Assembly (NCBI GenBank): GCA_965209085.1
Contig: OZ242376.1
Span: forward strand, 1,280,001-1,344,000
Direction: 5' to 3'
Source of the DNA: Nitrosopumilaceae archaeon
Lineage (GTDB): Archaea > Thermoproteota > Nitrososphaeria > Nitrososphaerales > Nitrosopumilaceae
Length of the DNA: 64,000 bases
Shown: in pieces, positions 57,658 through 64,000 of the stretch
Layout of the letters: every line of letters begins with the position of its first letter
How positions within the stretch are numbered: the first letter of the stretch is position 1
Position numbers and translations under genes: made by a program
Notes under the pieces: generated by a model
Seen by the model: only the letters and a program-made list of their open reading frames with translations
Told to the model about the DNA's origin: nothing
Databases searched by the model: none

Positions 57658-58997
57658 AGAAAATTTTTCATTATTGCAGACATGCATTTTGCAGACTTAA
57701 TCAGCAAGTCCACCCTGGCATATTCGTTTGGGGAATGAATTCCGGCAAATATGTGGGTGCATCCTATGGATATGCACGGACATTTTAAAATTGATGCAAA
57801 CTGGTGCATTGGTCCTGTTCCGGCGCTGGAGATACTCAAAACATGCCCTCCAAAGGCAGAATCTGCAGCATTGCACACCTGGGTTACAAATTTCTCATCA
57901 GGATTTGTGCGCGATGCAGCTTCGGCATGATGCACCTTTACTTTAATCTCGGAGAATCCGCGCAGTTGCAGATGTTTTAAAAGACGGGCGCGCTGTTTTG
58001 CAGGATTCATTCCAGGAGTCAGTCTAAAATCAACTTTTGCCACAGCTATTGACGGCAGTATCGTCTTTGCCCCCCTGCCCTGGTAGCCAGAGTATATTCC
58101 CGCAATGTTGCACGTTGCCCCTCCGACCAGCTGCGCTTTGGCGTCATCGCCCCGTCGGCCTCCCACAAACTGGCTTATCCCGTATTCTTTTTTGAATGAT
58201 GCCTCATCAAATGATTCTGCTGCAATAAATTTCAGATCACGCGCGGTAAATTTTTTTGCATCCTTGTACCAGTCATCCACGAGCACCCGACCGTCAGGTG
58301 CGCGCATGGTATGCAGTGCCTCGATGAGGCGCCATGCCGGATTTTTTATCAGTACGGCAAGGCTAGAGTGTGCATCATTCTTTGGTCCGCGTACGGTAAA
58401 TTCTACAAACAGCATTCCTTTCATTCCAAGGCTGACAACCGGAAGATTATCAGAATTTACAAATCCAAATTCCCATATTATTCCATCACATGCAAATTTT
58501 TTCCTGTATTTTTTCAGATATTTTTCAATGTGTGCGCTGCCAGTCTCTTCTTCCCCCTCTATGACAAATTTTATGCTGCACGGCAGATCGCCTTCGGTCT
58601 TTAACAGCGATTCGACCGCCTTTATTCTTGATACAAGCTCGCCCTTGTCATCAGATGATCCGCGTCCGTACACCTTGTTGCCTTTTAGGGTACGGCCAAA
58701 AGGCGGAAATTTCCACTCATCGAGCGGTTCGGCAGGCTGTACGTCGTAATGGTTGTAAAAGAGCAGTGTCTTTTTTGGGTTTTTCTTTGATATCACCTCT
58801 CCAAATACCAGGGGTGCTGCCCCCGAAATACGCAGTATTTTGGAGCGTATTCCGGAACGTTTCAACGACTCGGCCACCAGTTTTGCGCATTTTTCTATCC
58901 CCTCCCCGGTTGCCGAGACGCTTGGCTGTGCCACCAGTCTTTGCAGTTCGGATACCATTGATGGCGTGTTTTTATCAATATATGAATCCGATTTCAT
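57654..58997 (-). CDS. M20-family peptidase/deacylase
   Basis: YNHYDVQP, GRGSSDDKG, EGEEE, HSPNE. Confidence 0.92.
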   Translation of the reverse strand: MKSDSYIDKNTPSMVSELQRLVAQPSVSATGEGIEKCAKLVAESLKRSGIRSKILRISGAAPLVFGEVISKKNPKKTLLFYNHYDVQPAEPLDEWKFPPFGRTLKGNKVYGRGSSDDKGELVSRIKAVESLLKTEGDLPCSIKFVIEGEEETGSAHIEKYLKKYRKKFACDGIIWEFGFVNSDNLPVVSLGMKGMLFVEFTVRGPKNDAHSSLAVLIKNPAWRLIEALHTMRAPDGRVLVDDWYKDAKKFTARDLKFIAAESFDEASFKKEYGISQFVGGRRGDDAKAQLVGGATCNIAGIYSGYQGRGAKTILPSIAVAKVDFRLTPGMNPAKQRARLLKHLQLRGFSEIKVKVHHAEAASRTNPDEKFVTQVCNAADSAFGGHVLSISSAGTGPMHQFASILKCPCISIGCTHIFAGIHSPNEYARVDLLIKSAKCMSAIMKNFL

Positions 58998-59866
58998 GCC
59001 ATCTCACCAATACTATCAAACTGCATCATGGCATTAGGTATTTGTCCGCATACATCAGTTGCCAGTACATGCAGTCCAAACTTTTTTTGCGCCGCAGCTC
59101 CGGCAAGTCCGTTTACAAATACAGCCGCGGATGCTGCCTGCAATGCGTTTCGGTTTTTGGCAAGCATGCCGGCGGCAAGTCCGGAGAGAACATCTCCTGT
59201 TCCCCCCACAGTCATTGACGGGGTTTTTGTGGGATTTTTGTATGTTTTTTCACCATCTGAGATAATGTCCGTATGACCCTTTAAAATTATCACAACTTTG
59301 TGCTCAGCTGCAGTCTTTGCAACCTCGCGCTCTTTGGATTCCTCATCGTCTGGAATGTTGCGTCCAAAAAGTCTCCGGTATTCTCCGGCGTGTGGAGAGA
59401 GTATGCAATTTTTGTCGGATATTTCCGGAAGTATTTCTGGAATCAGCGCGGATGCGTCAAGCAGCAGCCGGACATCAGAGTTTACCAAAGTCTTTACCAT
59501 CAGTGCCAGTGAATTGCGCTCCTGTACTGCAAGTCCCATTCCAATTGCTGCTGAATCAAGTCCTTTTGGAATCTGTCCGAGAAGTTTTCGTACAGCACCG
59601 CGGGTCAATTTTTGATCGGCGAGTGGAATTACGATAAGGTTCGGCGATGCTGCGCGTGTGGCCTGTGAATTTATTTTTGGAACCGCAGTGTATACAAGAT
59701 CAGTTCCGCATCGGAGTGCTGCAATAGAAGTTAGGATCGGCGCCCCGTGGTATACATAGCTGCCTCCAAGTATGAGTATTTTTCCATTATCCCCTTTGTG
59801 TGAATTATAAGCTCGTGGAGGTATGAATTTTTTCACAATGTGTGAGGTCAGTTTTGTAGCAGCCAA
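58994..59866 (-). CDS. nnrD: ADP-dependent NAD(P)H-hydrate dehydratase
   Basis: HKGDNG, GGS..YHGAP, SPHAGE, GGTGDVLSG; likely TTG start at 59866. Confidence 0.9.
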   Translation of the reverse strand: MAATKLTSHIVKKFIPPRAYNSHKGDNGKILILGGSYVYHGAPILTSIAALRCGTDLVYTAVPKINSQATRAASPNLIVIPLADQKLTRGAVRKLLGQIPKGLDSAAIGMGLAVQERNSLALMVKTLVNSDVRLLLDASALIPEILPEISDKNCILSPHAGEYRRLFGRNIPDDEESKEREVAKTAAEHKVVIILKGHTDIISDGEKTYKNPTKTPSMTVGGTGDVLSGLAAGMLAKNRNALQAASAAVFVNGLAGAAAQKKFGLHVLATDVCGQIPNAMMQFDSIGEMA

Positions 59867-59897
59867 CACAGTATGCTGCAGGCTTGGCGCATAAATC

Positions 59898-60746
59898 TTA
59901 TTTGTTTTTCTCAGCAGGCGGTTTTTTCTTTGCAGAAGAGCGCCTGATTGAGCCAAAGTGCGCCTTTCTTGCCATGCACAGGTACGCGGTATGTCCGATT
60001 CCCTGAAAAGAATGGCGTGTCTTTCCCTCACGGGCCTCGATTGTACGAAGTATGTGTTCGGTGCATTCAATGTCGGCAAATTCATTCTGTGTGAGTACAG
60101 CTGCCAGTTTTTCAAGCTGGTTCATCGTGGGACAGATTGCGACAAACGCGCCGCTGTCTTTGAGCATTTTACGCACCTGCGGTACCACAGTCCATGGATC
60201 GCCAAGATCCACTATTGCAACGTCTGCCGGAGGTACTGATGTATCGCGGGATTTTTTCAGATCATGGTTTTTCATGATTACGTATTTTGATGCGCCGGCG
60301 CGTTTTAGATTTTTTGCCGCAATTGCCATGAATTTTTCATCCACATCAAACGTGTACACTTTGCCGCGCGGTTTTACAATTCCGGCTGCAAATCCTGTAA
60401 GGGATCCGCTCCCGGTCCCTATCTCTAGCACTGTTTGGCCGCTGGTCAGTCCGGTTCTTGCCGCAATATATCCAAGATCTTTTGGATACACAATCTGCGT
60501 CCCATGCTGCATTTTCATGATATAATCATATGCTGTGGGTTTGAACAGATAGACGTATTTTTCCTTGTTTGTTACAAGCCTGCTGCCGTATTCTTTGCCG
60601 ATTGCCTGATCGTGAGGTATGATTCCTATGTGTGTGTGTAAACTAGCGGATTTTTGCAGTTTTATCAGCCATTTTTTTCCAGAGTTGTAATAAACAAGTA
60701 CATCAGATCCCCGTTTTATCTTATCCACGCCAACTATGATGTTCAA
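59898..60746 (-). CDS. trmI: tRNA (adenine-N1)-methyltransferase
   Basis: TQIVYPKD, EIGTGSGSLT, DLGDPW, GHTAYL. Confidence 0.92.
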   Translation of the reverse strand: MNIIVGVDKIKRGSDVLVYYNSGKKWLIKLQKSASLHTHIGIIPHDQAIGKEYGSRLVTNKEKYVYLFKPTAYDYIMKMQHGTQIVYPKDLGYIAARTGLTSGQTVLEIGTGSGSLTGFAAGIVKPRGKVYTFDVDEKFMAIAAKNLKRAGASKYVIMKNHDLKKSRDTSVPPADVAIVDLGDPWTVVPQVRKMLKDSGAFVAICPTMNQLEKLAAVLTQNEFADIECTEHILRTIEAREGKTRHSFQGIGHTAYLCMARKAHFGSIRRSSAKKKPPAEKNK

Positions 60747-60763
60747 GGGGGTAATAATCCATG

Positions 60764-62635
60764 CTACATGCGTTTTGGCGCGGCAATTCCCAAAAGTGAA
60801 AGCGCTCCTTCAAGTATGCAAGCAGATGATAATACAAGGGATACGCGCGAATTAATCTTGGATGCATCTTTTGAATCAAGTACCCGAACATTTTCGTAAA
60901 AGGCGTTAAAGGCAACTGCCAACCCATGGCAGTAACGGGCAACAGTCTTTGGGGAGAGATTTTCAGAGGCGTCGCGAACCGAGGTTGCAAACATGCCGAT
61001 TTGCTTTAACAATTTTTTTTCATGCACGCCCCACTTTACCGTATGCTCAGCTGATGCATCAGGCATGCGGCCAAACTTTTCCAGTATGCGCGAGGCGCGT
61101 GCATGCGTATACTGTATGTACGAGGCAGTATCACCCTCTAGACTCAGCGACTTTGATTCATCAAATGTTATGATTTTATTCAAATCCTGCCGTATCATTT
61201 CATACCGTATGGTTGCAACTGTGATTTTTTTAGATATTGTATCAATTTCTTTTTTATCCATTTCCGGATTGCGTTTTGCAGTTTCTTGCATCGTACGCTT
61301 TTGCAGCGATTCTAGCACAGTGTCAGCGTTTACGTATACGCCTTTTCTGCCGGACATTTGTGCACCCCCGCTTTGAGTTTTTGCGCCAAGTGATTCTGCA
61401 GTCTGTTTGCTGAGCATGACGGATTCATATCCAAGATGCACGTATGCGCCCTCATCGGATTTGAACTGTCCCATCAGTTCTGCGATGATTTTTTGCAGCC
61501 TAGCCTGCCGCGAATCTATCACGGTAATGACTTTTTCTGATCTAAAGTTTTCAGGCGCTTTTTGTCCGCTCAGAGTTGTCAGCCACATTGTTTTATCCCC
61601 CGGCTGTCCGGAATGTTTTGAATATTCAAAGGGGTCCATTACAAGTCCGAGCTTCCAGGCAGCGTATGGAATGTCTTTTGCCATGTACGTGGCAGTTCCA
61701 TTTTTTCGCACCAAAACCTTGTCAGTTTCCTTTCCATCGCCCCGCACTATCCAACATCCCGCATTGTCTCCTGAGTTTTCAAACTCTACAAGTTTCATAT
61801 TTTTTAATTTTTCAAATGCCTCATCCCACATTCCGGAACGTATTATGTGGGATTCAAAATTAATACAGTCGTATCTTGCCTGCAGTGCCCAGCATGTTTG
61901 CAGCTGCGCTTCTAAAACGCGCCGCGTTATCTTATCTGCCATTTTTGCCTCCACGGTGTCCGGATCTTCCATCATTTTGAGAATTTGTGCGCATTTTTGG
62001 GTGATTTCAGGATTTTTTTTAATCTCCTGGTTTACCCGCACATACACATCATCGCCGCAATAGTGATCGAATTTTTTATTCTCCGGCGGATCAGGGCTTA
62101 TTCCCATGTGCATAAATCCGTAAAGCAGCTCTGCAATTTGCAATCCAGAGTCATCCACATAGTTTAGCACATGTACACAGTATCCGGATTTTTCCAGTAT
62201 GCGCGATATGGTATCTCCCACCACGATGTTTCTTACGTGTCCTATATGCAGTGCCTTGTTCGGATTTACGCTTGTATGCTCTACGGTTATTTTCCCATCC
62301 TTGTCACCTGATCCGTATTCAGGTTTTATTGAATTTTGCAGTATGAGTGTGCCAAGTTTTTCCCAATCAGCTTCAAAATTAAGATAGCCGGACGGATGCG
62401 CCTTGGCGCACATTGCAAGACCTGTAAATTCAGAATACGATTCGGCAAGATCTTTGGCAATTTCATGCGGATTTTTTTTAAGACGCCCCGCAAGAAGAAA
62501 AGGCGCGTTGCATGAGGCATCGCCGAATCCGGGTTTTGCCAGAGAGACTTGAAAATTTACATCACCGACGCCAATTTTGTTGAGAATTATTTTTACGTTT
62601 GATGCAATCTCTTCTAGCAGCAGCTCGTAACTCAT
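60764..62635 (-). CDS. argS: Arginyl-tRNA synthetase
   Basis: EHTSVNPNKALHIGH, MSGRKG, YIQYTHARA, C-terminal PKRM. Confidence 0.96.
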   Translation of the reverse strand: MSYELLLEEIASNVKIILNKIGVGDVNFQVSLAKPGFGDASCNAPFLLAGRLKKNPHEIAKDLAESYSEFTGLAMCAKAHPSGYLNFEADWEKLGTLILQNSIKPEYGSGDKDGKITVEHTSVNPNKALHIGHVRNIVVGDTISRILEKSGYCVHVLNYVDDSGLQIAELLYGFMHMGISPDPPENKKFDHYCGDDVYVRVNQEIKKNPEITQKCAQILKMMEDPDTVEAKMADKITRRVLEAQLQTCWALQARYDCINFESHIIRSGMWDEAFEKLKNMKLVEFENSGDNAGCWIVRGDGKETDKVLVRKNGTATYMAKDIPYAAWKLGLVMDPFEYSKHSGQPGDKTMWLTTLSGQKAPENFRSEKVITVIDSRQARLQKIIAELMGQFKSDEGAYVHLGYESVMLSKQTAESLGAKTQSGGAQMSGRKGVYVNADTVLESLQKRTMQETAKRNPEMDKKEIDTISKKITVATIRYEMIRQDLNKIITFDESKSLSLEGDTASYIQYTHARASRILEKFGRMPDASAEHTVKWGVHEKKLLKQIGMFATSVRDASENLSPKTVARYCHGLAVAFNAFYENVRVLDSKDASKINSRVSLVLSSACILEGALSLLGIAAPKRM

Positions 62636-63372
62636 TTCATATCCCCCGCCATTTGCGGTCCGAGTATGTCCATGGCATCAAGCAGTCCATCGCCTGCCTT
62701 TGAGTCCACCGTCAGGGTGGCTTTTTCCCTAACGTACTCTGATGCATTTCCAAGTGCAACACTTGTTTTTGCCACCTCAAACATCGGCACGTCAGTTGCA
62801 CTATCCCCTATGGCAATCAGATCTTTTGGTTCTACTGCAAGCATACGCATGGCTTCGCGCAGACCCGATCCTTTGTCAACTCCGTGTGAGTTTATGTGAA
62901 AAGCGTATTGGCTGTCAGTCAGTGAAACTTGGTATCCGGCATCCTTTAACAGTTTTGCCGCAGGTGCGATCTCAAAAGTGCGCTCTAGTACTATTTCCGT
63001 CATTCTAGGGTAGACTGGTTTTTCTACGACATTGTCCGTTTTGTTTTTCAGATATTTGAGGGCGTCCTCACAGTCGGATTTTTTCCCCAAGAGTTTGTGA
63101 TCATAGTTTCCCGAGGTTATGCATCCTCCGTTTTCCCCTATGCAGAATTTTGTCGTTCCTGCAAATACTCCAAGGATGTACCCCTCTATGGACGATCTTC
63201 CGGTTACAAATATCACATTGTGTCCAGCATCAGCTGCGACCCTAAGCGAAGAGAGTGCATCAAGGTGTATTCTTCCGGCCCCGTTTTCCGTTATTGTGCC
63301 ATCAATGTCCACTGCAAATGTCAGTTTCATATGCATGCTATCACACGCCCAAATAATAACAATATCTGCCAA
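62632..63372 (-). CDS. HAD-family (phosphoglycolate-type) phosphatase
   Basis: DIDGT, TGR, ENGG, KGSG, GDSATD. Confidence 0.9.
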   Translation of the reverse strand: MADIVIIWACDSMHMKLTFAVDIDGTITENGAGRIHLDALSSLRVAADAGHNVIFVTGRSSIEGYILGVFAGTTKFCIGENGGCITSGNYDHKLLGKKSDCEDALKYLKNKTDNVVEKPVYPRMTEIVLERTFEIAPAAKLLKDAGYQVSLTDSQYAFHINSHGVDKGSGLREAMRMLAVEPKDLIAIGDSATDVPMFEVAKTSVALGNASEYVREKATLTVDSKAGDGLLDAMDILGPQMAGDMK

Positions 63373-63425
63373 TTCAAGTCATGGAATTGTAAACCTTATT
63401 TACAAAATACGCAGCATTGCGTGCA

Positions 63426-64000
63426 ATGGGCATTCCTGAAAAGATAAAAGCGATCCAAGATGAGATGTCAAAAACGCAGATAAACAAAGCTACTGAACAT
63501 CATATTGGCATCTTAAAGGCAAAAATTGCCAAACTGCGCCGGGAACAAGAGGACGAACATACCAAGAAAAAAGGCGCAAAGACTGACGGTTTTGACGTAA
63601 GGCGTGCCGGAGATGCTACAGTGGTCTTAATCGGCATGCCAAGTGTAGGCAAATCCACACTGCTAAACCGCATGACCGATGCAAAATCCACCGTAGGTGC
63701 ATTCCAGTTTACCACTCTGACAGTAGTTCCGGGCATGATGGAATACAAGGGGGCTCAGATACAGATATTGGATTTGCCCGGAATAATAAAAGGCGCCTCC
63801 AGTGGGAGAGGACTTGGAAAAAGAATTCTCTCGGTTGCACGAAGTGCGGATTTGGTTCTTTTGATATTGGATGTATTTCAGCCGTACCATGAAGAAATTC
63901 TTACTGTAGAGCTTGCAAATATTGGAATAAGATTAAATCAAAATCCTCCAAACGTGGTTATTGAAAAAACACGTACCGGCGGTATTGCAATTGCACAGCA
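63426..64000 (+). CDS. DRG-family GTP-binding protein (3'-truncated)
   Basis: Hand translation MGIPEKIKAIQDEMSKTQINKATEHHIG..GMPSVGKST..FTTL..DLPG. Confidence 0.92.
   Translation, partial: MGIPEKIKAIQDEMSKTQINKATEHHIGILKAKIAKLRREQEDEHTKKKGAKTDGFDVRRAGDATVVLIGMPSVGKSTLLNRMTDAKSTVGAFQFTTLTVVPGMMEYKGAQIQILDLPGIIKGASSGRGLGKRILSVARSADLVLLILDVFQPYHEEILTVELANIGIRLNQNPPNVVIEKTRTGGIAIAQ

Noticed and set aside
59867-60115. N-terminal extension of nnrD
   Set aside because: Overlaps trmI in another frame; homology starts near 59866
57210-62520. Many long antisense ORFs here and throughout the core regions
   Set aside because: Shadow ORFs of well-supported genes, with no motifs of their own
1-64000. 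tRNA, rRNA, CRISPR arrays, integrase/att sites
   Set aside because: None recognised by eye; island 2 has no visible tyrosine integrase or tRNA anchor

Overview
Archaeal chromosomal DNA, almost certainly a thaumarchaeote (Nitrosopumilaceae-like). This is inferred from CdvA, the exosome/SBDS/prefoldin operon, cofC/cofD, ThyX, the SUF cluster and archaeal-type RNase P RNA. Housekeeping blocks (1-9.8 kb, 14.3-19.3 kb, 36-64 kb) are interrupted by two visibly AT-richer accessory islands. Island 1 (~9.85-14.27 kb) holds IS remnants and a C5-methyltransferase/HNH restriction-modification pair. Island 2 (~19.3-35.95 kb) is a stack of nested mobile elements. The most striking structure is a family of cargo-carrying IS6-like transposons whose DDE transposases have N-terminal SWIM-type Zn fingers, each facing a small divergent RHH or AbrB regulator. 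One is an 8.4-kb element (24502-32896) with ~77-bp multi-site inverted ends and an apparent TGATATCA target duplication. It abuts a 3.0-kb element (32905-35944) with perfect 25-bp ends, relic inner ends, and three related coiled-coil genes, two of which share a duplicated promoter. Other observations: a duplicated ~80-nt structured element, and an IS110/IS1111 element inserted in an IS3 terminal repeat with candidate bridge/seekRNA guide matches. All product calls come from motif recognition by eye; no database searches were run.
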